Positions 23,452-34,576 of a DNA stretch of 64,000 bases are shown here, one piece after another. Every line of letters begins with the position of its first letter. The stretch's first letter is position 1. The stretch comes from Sphagnum compactum (lineage: Eukaryota). Made by a program: the position numbers and the translations under genes. The notes under the pieces were generated by a model. The model was not told the DNA's origin. It did not search any database and saw only the letters and a list, made by a program, of their open reading frames with translations. The stretch covers positions 4,402,001-4,466,000 of the forward strand of contig OZ234493.1 in NCBI GenBank assembly GCA_965153455.1, written 5' to 3'.

Positions 23452-25832
23452 TTAGTCAAAAAGACTAAATCCCATATCATCATCAGATTCTTCTTCCTTT
23501 TCTTTCTCTTCCTCCTTCTCAACTGCTTCTACAGCAGCCGATGCAGACTCAGTTTCAGCAGCAGGTGCAGCCTCCACCACAAACTTGGAAGGGTCCTGGC
23601 AACACAAATGGATAATTAGTAAGAAAGAAAAGGTGATGGATCATATAAGATGGTACAGGGAACAAGCCATCTCAACCACAAGCCAACAAAATAAAAACAA
23701 CATTTTCCATGGAGAAACGCTGGCATAGTGGCTGACCTTGAGGTATTCCTTGGTCTTCTCAGCTAGAGGGAAGGAGTATTCAGTTTCCACAGCAATGGCC
23801 AAGACATTCTTGTAGGCATTGACAAAGAAGTGAGGAGCTGCAGCCAAAGTTGGGTAACTAATACCCAAGGACAATGCTGCTATGGTAGAAATTCCTGCAG
23901 CAAATTTCTCTGACAAGTCGTCCTCAGTTAGATCCAATACATCAGGGGCAAAGGTTGATCCATTATCATAGACACTCTGGACTATTAGCCCATATGAAAA
24001 TGGGCGGATGCCCAGTTTGGCCAAAAGAGCTGCCTCTGAGGAACCAACCTTTTCCCCCTTGTGGATGAGCTCTACAGGGGCAATGATCTCAACTGTTCCC
24101 TTGTTAATCTTGGTAGGGATGTTGAGAACCTGAAAATACAGAAAAATGGCAATAAATCAGCAGGTGCATGCACGAGATACCAGTTTCCAACATCAGCAGA
24201 CCACTCATTAGATGTAGAAATCAACAGACAGTGCTCAAGAGACCAGAGTAAGATTTTGATTGACTAAAATCGTGTGTCATCACAACCACTAGCCTCTTTG
24301 GAAAAGAACCAGTAGCATTAACAACACAATACCTGGAAAAAGGATGTCTGGGAGGGGTCCAATCCAGTGTTACCAGGAGGCACAACCACATCAATCGGAG
24401 CCACAAGACCCACACGAGCTGGGGCCCCAACCTGCAACATTAAACAGTATTAAACTCAAGATGAGAAGCTCTTCACAGAAGTCACAAAACCCCCACAGGT
24501 TCAACATCAGAATGGTTACAAAGTAATCTTACGAAATTTCAAGTTGAGATATGGTGAAATTTCAACTTCAAATACATCCAGTAGAGATCATTCGATCCAA
24601 AACTTCCACTTAAGTCCACTAAACCATATCACCATCATTATGTCATTGAAAGTAAAATTAAGGATTCAACTCTTTAAAAACCTGAATTGGAGAACTCTAT
24701 TACTTTTCCAATACATGGCATTATCTACAATGCAAGAGACAAGGCATGTCAATTACCTTGTACTTGGCAACCTCTTCACGAACCTCTTTCAAGTCACCCT
24801 TGGTGAAGATCAGCCCCACATTACCCTTTCAACCAAAAACAACCAATCATCAAAGGACTGTTACAGGCAGACTGAGAAAGTTAACTACATAAGCCCAGGC
24901 GAGAACCACAGAACTAAACTCTCACATGCAGATTTTAGCAAAGAAATCCCAAGATAGAACAATTTAAACAATCTACTTTTAACTAAGGTCATACTAGGAG
25001 CATGCAACCGAATATATCATGGGAGGCAAAGCGATCAGCAAGTTTGAAGCAATATAGATGCCATCATTGAGGCAGTCAAACCAATAGGGAAACAATTCCT
25101 CATCACTTCACCTTGCCTCTTGGGTCAATGTTATCATGTGGAAGCGATGTCAAACAAATAACATGAACATTACAAGCTACAAATGAGAACATTGGGGGCC
25201 ATCAGACCGATGGGGACAATGACGGTCATCACTTCCAACCCCAGCTCCCAGAAAGGGAAGACATCTATGGAAAGACCTTGCTTTCCAATGCAGCAAGTTC
25301 GTCTTCAATAGTACTAAAACCTTTACAAGGGACAGTTCCAAAACAATCCTTAAGACGTGACAGAAGGGAAGGGCGATCAGCAAGTTTGAAGCAATATAAA
25401 TGCCATCATACAGGCGATCAAACCAATAGGGAAATAATAATTCATCATTTCACCCCACCTCTTCTTTCAAATCCACTAAACCCTGAAGAACTCAGAAGTA
25501 AGCCCAAAAGAAAAACCTAGAGCAAAAACAAAGACCGGAAAAAAGGAAAGGTTCCACGTGGAGAGACTACTAACCACAAGGAGCGGCAGCAAGTTCAGAT
25601 AAGCATCGTTGCCAGTCTTTTCCGCATGAATCCTAATAGAGCGCTTCATCATGGTGTTCTTCCCCATGAGAACATTGGAATCAGGTCTTAAACCCTTACG
25701 GATCCCCTGCAGTTGCTTGGAGCCTACATTATCCGCCGCACAAACCAACACCTGGGTGAACTCCTCAAGAAACTGGCACAACTTCTTGTCGTACGCAACC
25801 TTCTTCTCTGCCTTGGTGCCCTTGAAACCCAT
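23452..25832 (-). CDS. RPLP0: 60S acidic ribosomal protein P0 (uL10); coding exons 25832-25575, 24825-24757, 24431-24333, 24129-23737, 23595-23452; probable 5'UTR intron ~26073-25855
   Basis: [19 protein letters not shown]...[17 protein letters not shown]...[37 protein letters not shown]; ends with the canonical P-protein tail [13 protein letters not shown]. All introns are GT-AG. Confidence 0.97.
24193..24283 (-). ncRNA. Candidate intronic box C/D snoRNA (no target recognised)
   Basis: Box C GTGATGA (24283-24277) and box D CTGA (24196-24193) span 91 nt in sense orientation within the third coding-region intron of RPLP0. The D box is ~60 nt from the 3' splice site. The terminal stem is weak. 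Confidence 0.4.
25030..25112 (-). ncRNA. Intronic box C/D snoRNA, copy A (dual guide: 25S and 18S rRNA)
   Basis: GGTGA-a-GTGATGA(C)...TTCCCTATTGGT-TTGA(D')...ATGATGG(C')...TATTGCTTCAAACTTG-CTGA(D)-TCGC. The guides are complementary to recalled conserved rRNA segments: 25S ACCAAUAGGGAA and 18S AAGUUUGAGGCAAUA (one G-U pair). Confidence 0.88.
25195..25243 (-). ncRNA. Compact C/D (K-turn) element between the two snoRNA copies; mini-snoRNA or 3' half of a longer snoRNA
   Basis: GGGGTT-ggaa-GTGATGA-CCGTCATTGTCCCCATCGGT-CTGA-t-GGCCCC. The C and D boxes are perfect and only 20 nt apart, with inner (ACCG/CGGT) and outer (GGGGUU/GGCCCC) stems. Confidence 0.5.
25372..25454 (-). ncRNA. Intronic box C/D snoRNA, copy B (paralog of 25030-25112)
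   Basis: GGTGA-a-ATGATGA(C)...TTCCCTATTGGT-TTGA...ATGATGG...TATTGCTTCAAACTTG-CTGA-TCGCC. The terminal stem is GGTGA/TCGCC. Guides are identical to copy A while spacers differ. Confidence 0.9.
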
Positions 25833-26160
25833 CTCGACAGACAACCAACTACACTGGAAAACAAAAGACTTCTTCACTCGCCCCTCAAGGCTGCAAAGCC
25901 GCTGAAACCAAATGGGCGAAAAAACTCCACGTAAAAAACTCTCTCAAAAAGTACAAAGAACCTAGAAAAAAAATCCACAAGAAATTTTTTTCAGCAAAAA
26001 CCAACACGAGGAGGACCGAGCCGTGGGATAATACAAATCCCAGGCAAGGCGGGCAGATGATTGCCCCTTTAACCTCTTGCTTCAAAGGAACACGCGCGGA
26101 GCGGAAGACAGTAGCCAACAGAATACGCCGCGCAGAGAAGCTTCTCTGCTTGATTTGCCG

Positions 26161-26452
26161 TTCTTATACCCTTCAGGAAATTAGGGTTTTTACCGTTCTT
26201 TCCGGTCACCAAGTCGCCGCCGAAGCAACAGCTACCGCTACAAGCCCTAATTCGTTAGGGTTTTGACCGGATGACCGGTTAAACTTCAGGTCCTACATGA
26301 ATACTGGATGGATTATCTCTTTTTGCATCCACTATGAGGTGTATTGAGGCTGGTGAGATGGATGAGTATGGATGAATGAATGTCGACGGGGACCCTAAAC
26401 CCTATAAGAAAGGGAGAGCCAAGGGGCGGCGGGTGATAGGAAATTAGGGTTT
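26161..26452. promoter_or_regulatory. Bidirectional promoter of RPLP0 and RPS4 with four telo-boxes and two outward-facing TATA-like boxes
   Basis: Telo-box AAACCCTA/TAGGGTTT at 26182-26189, 26256-26263, 26397-26404 and 26445-26452. TATAAGAA occurs on the minus strand (26168-26161) and the plus strand (26403-26410). Confidence 0.8.
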
Positions 26453-26528
26453 GAGTTTCTCTCGTCAGCGTCTTCTTTGTGTCCAAGAGGAAGAGCTGCC
26501 GCCATCGCCACGATCGTCGTCTGCAATC

Positions 26529-29500
26529 ATGGTATGTTGTTGTGGAGTTTCTCTTGTCTGTTTTCTTGGTGTTTTGTTTCCCCTTTCTTCACCGTTTTTT
26601 CTTGTCTGGTGTAAGGTTTTTTGGGTTTGTATGCTGCCGCTTTCAAGTGTTTGAAGTTGTGGCGCTTTTGAGAGTTTTGGGACTGGTGCTGTGTTCGTGT
26701 TCGAGAATGGTAATGTTGTTCGTGTTGTTCTCTGTCGCTTGGATTGCTCTAGAGGTGTATGTCTTTTTCCTGTTATTTAGGCGAGAGGAAAAGATGTTGT
26801 GATTTCTTGCATTGGCTTCGGCTCGAAATGTTCGATGGTTGAGCTACAGCTGCGGTTATTTTCTTTTTGTAGCCATGTGAAGTAGATGTAGCTAGGGTTA
26901 TAAATGCGGCCTTACTCATCTAAGATCCCTCCCTATGGTTCTGCCTTTTTGTTGCCTGGAGTTGTGATTACTTGTCTGCAGATGTCGCCATCCTAGAAGC
27001 TTGTAAGGATCATGAAACGCCACTGGGCTGAAAGAATAGTTTCTGAGCTGATGTTTCATGCATGGTGGGGAATTTTCAGGCTCGAGGTTTGAAGAAGCAC
27101 TTGAAAAGGCTCAATGCCCCAAGCCACTGGATGCTCGATAAGCTCGGTGGAGCCTTTGTGAGTAGATTCCTTTCACCCTTCCAGGACTAGCTTGTAATAT
27201 CCCCATCTAGGGAATCATGTCTGCTGAATTTTATGGATCTGAAATTGTTGGAAATCAAGTGTAACAGATTGGTGGTGGCTGTCTGACCATTTGAGTGCTT
27301 CAGTCAGTGCAAAGTAATGATGGTGCACCATCTGTCATGAAGCCAAATTCTCATGTCAGAATAATTATCCAAGGAGTGTGGCATTGGTATCGGGATACTA
27401 GAAAGCTGTCAGTAAGAAGTTGTTCCTAGCATGCTATTGTAAGTTCATGGGCAAGCAGCTATATCAGTTCCAAATCCAATGTGGACACAGATTTGCAGCA
27501 GTTCTTAATGCAGCCATATCTCTATATCAAATTCACGAAGTCAACTCTGAAAGTGGTTTCAGAGCTAGTAACTTTCTGGAGAGAACCTTGCACTCTATCT
27601 CTTGTCTTGAGTAATCTATGGGGCCACAGGATTTCAGATTATTGACTTCTAATGTGGCGTAGGAATTAGATAATTGGTCATAGATAATGGAAGTACCAAA
27701 TGCATGAGAGGAGTATTAATATATATGATCTAAGTAATGGAGAAGCAATTGAAATCTAATGAAGGCTTTGAATGTGGGTATATGAAGCTATGATTCACTC
27801 CTGCTACCTCTAACACTGCAGTGATCTCATGCTCTGTTAATCTGGTGTAGAAGTGTAATTGCCATGCTTTAACTGGAGAGAGGTCAAAACCCTCACTTGT
27901 GCAGATTTTGCACCTCAAGGGTAAAGAAGCTGAATCAGTGCAGGAAAAATATGTGAAAGGTAAATCATTGGAGTTCTCATAGTTTAAACTGCATGTGTGG
28001 GTGTCACAGGCTCCAAAACCATCACCTGGACCTCATAAGGAGAGGGAATGCTTGCCATTAGTGGTTATGTTGAGAAATAGACTGAAGTATGCCCTTACAT
28101 ACCGTGAAGTAGTGGCTATTGTGATGCAACGTCTTATTGCCATTGATGGCAAGGTTCGCACTGACAAGTGCTACCCAGCAGGTTTCATGGGTGGGTTTAT
28201 CTGACATTCCAGTTTGTTGAGGTTTTTCCTAATGGCTGCAGATTGATGTTTTCTTTCCAGTTGACTTGCTGGTGCAAATATTCAGGTGGCCAGTATTTTT
28301 TCATGCCTGTAAGCAAGTACACAATATGATACATGCTATTGGTGTCCAGTACATAGATTTATGTGTTATTTGTTTTGAATGTGATGTGAAGCAATATGGT
28401 TCTCTGTCTACTTGGATGCAGATGTCATTTCCATTGCCAAGACAAATGAGAATTTCCGGCTGCTGTATGACAGCAAGGGACGATTTACCCTCCACCTCAT
28501 CAACTCAGATGAAGCTAAGGTAGTTGCTGCTCTCTTGACATCTCTTCTGTGCAGGAAGGTTTTGATTGCATCTCTTTCAATTATGTGGGCACATGTTTTG
28601 AGCTATTTAGATAGGAATTACAAATATAAATTGAGATATGTGCAAGCACCTAAAATTAATTGGGAAACGCATAAAGAAATCTTCAAATAGCTCCAGTAAA
28701 ATCATGAGAAGTAAGAGAGAGCTAGAGAAGTAAGAACTTCCAAGAGTGTACAGTGTCAACTTCCACATGTATTCAATTTGCAACTGAAGTGGGTTCAGGG
28801 TGAGCCCCATTGTGTAAAGCTGTTGGAAGTGTCCATTCTAGTAGAAGGGAATAGGACCTTTGGACCTCCTTCCACATGTCACTTCCATGTGCTTGTTGGT
28901 AGGATAAGACCACTTTTTAAAACTGGTTACTTTGTGTGCATTGCAGTATAAACTCTGCAAAGTCCGTGCTGCAAGATTTGGTGAGAAGGGTGTTCCACAC
29001 ATCACCACCTTTGATGGTCGGACCATCAGGTAGAATTGATTTTTAGTATTTTGGTATCTGTGCTAAATTGATATTCCTCTTGTCTTGTCCCCCTCCCCCC
29101 CACCCCACCTTCTCGGTGATCATAGAGATTTCATTATGCTGTGATTCAGAATGGCATGGGAGTATTGTTTTTGGTTGCTCCCTTATCTTATCTGCTTAAT
29201 GTCTGGCAGGTACCCTGATCCTCTAATCAAGGTGAATGACACAGTCAAAGTCAACATTGAAACAGGTAAGGTTGTGGAGTTCATCAAGTTTGACATTGGT
29301 AACATTGTTATGGTGACTGGTGGGCGCAACAGAGGGCGGATTGGTGTCATCCAGCACCGAGAGAAGCATAAGGGCAGCTTTGATATTATCCATGTTGTAG
29401 ATGCTGTTGGGCACCAGTTTGCCACCCGTATGGGGAATGTTTTTACAATTGGACAGGGAACCAAGCCCTGGATTTCTCTGCCCCGGGGCAAGGGTATCAA

Positions 29501-29558
29501 GCTTTCTATTGTGGATGAGGCCAAGAAGCGTGCTAGTGCTGCCAAGTCTACTGCATAG
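26529..29558 (+). CDS. RPS4: 40S ribosomal protein S4 (eS4); exons 26529-26531 (ATG only), 27080-27157, 28010-28190, 28422-28519, 28947-29029, 29210-29558
   Basis: [44 protein letters not shown]...YPAGFM|DVISI...EAK|YKLCKVR...[15 protein letters not shown]...[11 protein letters not shown]...[17 protein letters not shown]. All introns are GT-AG. Confidence 0.97.
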
Positions 29559-31149
29559 ATGGAAGATTGAACTGAGACTGCAATTTTGACTGTTGCTCTA
29601 TTCAGGCAGTTGTGTTACCAATTGCAAGAAAAAATTCAAACAAGTTCACAATAGTCATTGTTTTGTCCTGTGACCTCTTTTGACAAGTAAGAGCCCACAT
29701 GGAAACATTTTTATAGTGTCTGTTTATTTTTCTAGTTTGTCTTATGCAGGTTAATTGGGTTTCTCTAGGAGCCCAAGAGTTGAATGCAGAATTGGGTTAG
29801 TTTTGTTGTTTGAGTAGAACTTGACTGCATGCTGCATTCTAGGAAGTTATCCCATTGTTAATCCCAGAGTTTATTTCTAGTCCAAGTTCTCAAATGTTTT
29901 TCACCGCGCCCAAATACTGAGCACATTATGGGACTTCCGAATATATTTATGCAAGATTTAAATTGGACAGAGCCAAAAGGCTAAAGTGATGCAGTGACCC
30001 CAATTTTATTTAATATCCAAAACGCGTGACCTAATCTCTAAAGGAACCATTGCAGGGTAACTTTCATGTTGATTGACTTAAGCTCAACCTACTATGATTC
30101 AATTTCAATGCTTAAAATTGAAGTTCACTTTTGATGCAACATCAGGAAATTGAATTGACCTTTCTTTTCAATTTGGTAACATGATTGTTACAAAATGAAA
30201 CTTAGTTTAAAGATTACTGTCCTTCCAAGTTTAAGGGAAACCCACCAATTTGTCTGCAATTCTGGGTTGTCATAAAGAATAGGGAGAAAATTTTCCTTCA
30301 TTAAATGGATTGAGATTTTATCTCTCAATGGCCTTTGAACAAAACCAAAACTTTCAACAACTGAGCATGTAATTTCAGAAATGGTGAAGAAGAAATCTGT
30401 AGGTTATGTTGATGCAGGCCACAATATTGCTTCACCCAAAGTGCTACAATAAAAGGAAAACTGCCAATACAATTGTTCTTGTATGATCTTCAACAAAACT
30501 TATCATGATGATGATCAATCACTTGAGGGTGTCCAAGGGAAATTCAAGATAAGGCAAAAATTCAAACACTCAAATATTTCTAGAGTGGGTAAGAAATTTG
30601 GCTGGGCATTAAGAAACTATGACAAACTTGTCTTCATACAGAAACCTGTTGACAGAAGGATGGACACTTGTGTCATTTAACTTGTTGTCTTTACATGCCC
30701 GGCTTGTGGCTTGGTAAGTTTCATGTGCAACCCATGGCTTCAAAGTTGCATACTGGGCCCTATGCTCTGTCAATGGTTGAGTCTGCTGCATCCATTGCAA
30801 CAAGTTTGTTTAGATGTTCAACTGTAGAGAAGATTTGATTTTACATACTGTTTGTGTGTGCATATACTAGCCTTGTCCTAGTGATTCACTGGGAGGCAGA
30901 ATGTGCCTTCTAAGGTGTGTTCTCTCAAGTAAAGGTCCATTGGTAGGTCATGACCTAACACATGCCAGTGTGTATGTAGCGTAGGTAGGTAGGAAATATC
31001 TTAATTGACAGTGATGACCAATTCCGCCATTTAGACAACTCAAAAACCTCCCTATCATGGACCTTTATGTTGTAGGGAGAGGTGATCATAGGACTAAGGA
31101 ATTTTGCTAGAGGAAATTGAAAAAGTCTTTAAGGTGGACATCACTAACC

Positions 31150-34100
31150 TCCACCGCTTGGTTTTGGAAGCTACCATCCATGATGTATTGATACACTTTG
31201 CCAGCTGGTGAATACAGATTTTGCCCAAGATGTCTGTCTGGAGAATGCACTAGATCTTTATGTTCCAATAGCCCGGAAATTGCGTTCCTTTGCAGCACTG
31301 CAAAAACACACCCAATGACACAACCTCTTTGACTTACCTCTCATTCTGTGATTAGTAATTACCTTCTTCAACTACTTTGATGTATGATCCATCTACATAG
31401 AACAGCAGATCCAAACATTGGCTCTATGTCATGTTGGACTTGATTGATCATTGAGTTTCAATCTCATACAGATGAAGGTTTACCAACTGCAAAAAATTGG
31501 GTGCAAACACACCTGAAAGATGCTCTTTGCCATCATGCCACTTTCGTAGTGGTTTGGCCTTAATCTGAAACCGATCCTGAACCAGTGCAAGCTCCATGAC
31601 ATCAGTTAAAGCTGTTCAACAAAGTATTGGATGTAGAAATATAGGGCCTGGATTTTATGTCTTCTCAACCTTGACCCAAGGTGTGTGCACAATTGGGTGT
31701 TGTTTGGATATAAAGGTGTTTAGATGTTGAGAATTTACAGAGGCTGAAAGAAAAAAATTCTTACTGATAGAGAAACTGCACATTCAAAATGATCAATATT
31801 CCCTTCTGGAATGTAGCGCCCTCTCACTTTCCCTGATCATCAACAACCCATGCCCCAATTTCAATGCCATCAGTAGCTTTCCTGCATCTTGAAGTGAATA
31901 ATCAATGTGAAATGCTCATCATGCTTTTGCTCAAACTTTGGTTAATAACTTTGGTTAGTTTCTTGATGCCTGGACAGCAAGGTTGTTTATTATGTCAAAC
32001 ATTTAAGAAATAGATTTCTCCCAATGCAAATGGGACCAGTTTGCAAGTATGCAAAATCAGATTTGGGAATTTAGTTGGTTGCTTGATGCCTGGATCACAA
32101 GGCTTTTCAAGGAAAGGTATTTCTATATCTAGATCTCTATTATCAATGCAAATGGGACCAATTTGGAAGTGTGCAGAACGTGATTTGAGCATCTGGGTGT
32201 TTGTCTGTAGGATGCAAGGTTACCATCAGGTTGAAGGGGACTGCTCCTGGCAGTCCAAGCATATGGTGTTTTTCCACTAGACTCACATGGCATGACTGCA
32301 TCACAAAATGAACCCAACAAAAAATTACAGGATGTGCATGTCAGGTGCCAATTGTTGTGGAAATCTTCTGTTCTTGAAAGAAAAGTCGTGATAAATCAAA
32401 ATTGTGGTGAGTGATGATGAAGTAGCTTGAAGCATCGGAGTTTTGAAAGTGGAAGGTACATGGAGATTGGCAATAATGGAGAGCTAGCTGATCAGGTTGT
32501 GACACAAACCTGAAGAATCGGTTGCAGGCAAGTCTCTGTGACATCGTGAGCTTAGAGGGACATCATGAGCATGCCCATGGAAAAGATTGTATTGCGGATG
32601 AGCTTCATGATACTTCCTACACTTAGTTCTAACCTCTCTCTGCATTGGAGCACAAATAAAGCATATTAGTGAGTGATGGCAAGAGTTCACAGTTTCTAGT
32701 TCACAGATGTCCAACAAATAGACAGTTTGAAATCAGAGATGGAATTTCTCTTTCCATGGGAGGCAACAAAGACGAGAGTGAAGAGGCTGCTCACTGTCCA
32801 CTTCTCGCCTGTTTCATCAAGAATGCTCTTAAGATGGGAATTGGTGGGCGCTTCTGCTGGGCACACTGTGCAGAATTTTGTGCGTGATGCAGTGACATGA
32901 CTTTTTGATGGTTGCCAATTCTTGCATGGAGGCTGGAACTCAGGTATATAGCGAAGTGATGTTTTGAACTCGCCTTCACATGTCTCTATGGAGTGTCGGT
33001 ATGTGGTTCCACCTGTGACACGCCGATGGGGACGGAACTTCTCCTCTTCCCCCAGTCGAGGGATTGTACAGTGCACACTTGATCGCCACTCCCCCGTTGC
33101 ACTTGCATCATGACCCCGCCTCACATACCGAATTGATGGCACCCACTGGAAATTTGATGTATCTGTGCGGTGCCCATATGGTATATACTTTGTTGAGCTC
33201 ACCCACTGTCATCTTTTCTTGACACCATGCCACTCATTAGACTCTAGATCAATTGCACATGACAGACACACTCGATGCACCCCTTTCCAGCAAGCAATGG
33301 ACTATTTCCAGCTACCAAGGTTCCAGGATTTCTAACCCACAGAGGTACATACATATGCATGTGTTCCACATCTGTTCTATTCTGCAGGGTATGATCAAGA
33401 GGGCAATCGCCACCATGGTCTGTAACTTCAATGTGTTGTTAATGGTGCAATCACAAGCAGGTTTTTTTTCCAATTATGTGAGGTACATGGATTGGCAATC
33501 ATTTACAAGAGGGCCTAGCTGAATTTCACTGTGGGTCAGAACCCTAAGTCAAAAAATGGTGTCAAAGATGGGAATCGGTGGGCGCTTTATCACTATGTTC
33601 TAGCGACAAGCTAGAAGCCAATGTCTAAAGCCAAATGTCCCCACCCCACCTTTTTTTTATCACCAAGTGATAAAAAGTTCGCCACAAAAACAAAACAAAA
33701 AATCAAAACACTGATCACAAGAGCTCTGAATTTACCTCTGTGAATGGGGGACGGGTTGCAAGAGGTCCTAAAGAATCCTTAATGGGTATGTGGGTAGTCC
33801 TCGCTTTCCAGAGCTTCTCGTAGCCACCGAGCTCATCAACTCTCTTCACACTAGGTCTCCACTGAATTCCCCCCACAATAAAACGACACACATGTATTGA
33901 TTTTCCAAAACAAACATACAATTTCTTAAGAGCAAGAGGAGGGACTCCTAGACAGTACTGTATTGGAGCTTCTGTGCATGTTGCAAGGGACAACAAAAGG
34001 TCACTTTGTAAACAGATGGTAATACGGTTGCAAGTGTAGAAAACAGCAGTTGAGCTGCTGCTGCTGCTGCTGAAGAAGAAGAAGAAGATAATGACTGCAG

Positions 34101-34315
34101 CAACCCACCTGCGGGCGCCGTCGACCTAGTTCTGCGGAAGTGGCACACTTGAGCCCAGTCGAGTGTATGTCGCATGCGTCGGAGGAAGGGAGGTTAGCCG
34201 GCCCCAATCGCAGTGGACAACCTTGCTGGGAGCATGGTATTTCTCGTATTGCAACGCAATTCGGTGCCGTGCACCTCAAATCAATGCATTCCGCTGCATT
34301 TTCCTTTCCTATCAT
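31150..34315 (-). pseudogene. Degenerate ARID-domain gene (ARID1/2-like), likely pseudogene
   Basis: ARID-like fragments LGVPPLALKKLY (~33950-33915), VDELGGYEKL (~33840-33810) and LGPLV...MYLT*LE (~33520-33470). Downstream protein-like frames are broken by stops and frameshifts. Extent is uncertain. Confidence 0.5.
31950..32178. repeat. ~119 bp tandem duplication inside the ARID-like relic
   Basis: cttgatgcctgga...caagg and caatgcaaatgggacca.tttg.aagt.tgca.aa each occur twice with the same spacing. The minus-strand peptide LHTxKLVPFAL...PCxPGIK is repeated. Confidence 0.75.
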
Positions 34316-34576
34316 GATCTTCTTCTTCTTCGTTGATATCCTTTGGAATAAGTGCTTCCAGGAGGAGGAGGAGGAGCGTCACAAATGCCAATCCTTTTTG
34401 TCAGAAAACCCCTCCCGCGTCGGGCTCGGGCGTCTTGTTTTCAGTAGCCATCGGAGAAGTAGAGGACAAGACGGAATGCGGCATGCGGCGGCGCCGCGCT
34501 CAAGCTCCAATACAGGAACAACACAGCAGAAGAAGAAAGAAGAATGAACAGGTACAACAAAGAAGAAGAATGAATA

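Noticed and set aside
23408-23466. TAGTCAAAAAGACT repeated around the RPLP0 stop
   Set aside because: A 14-bp local duplication in the 3'UTR with no evident coding or regulatory consequence.
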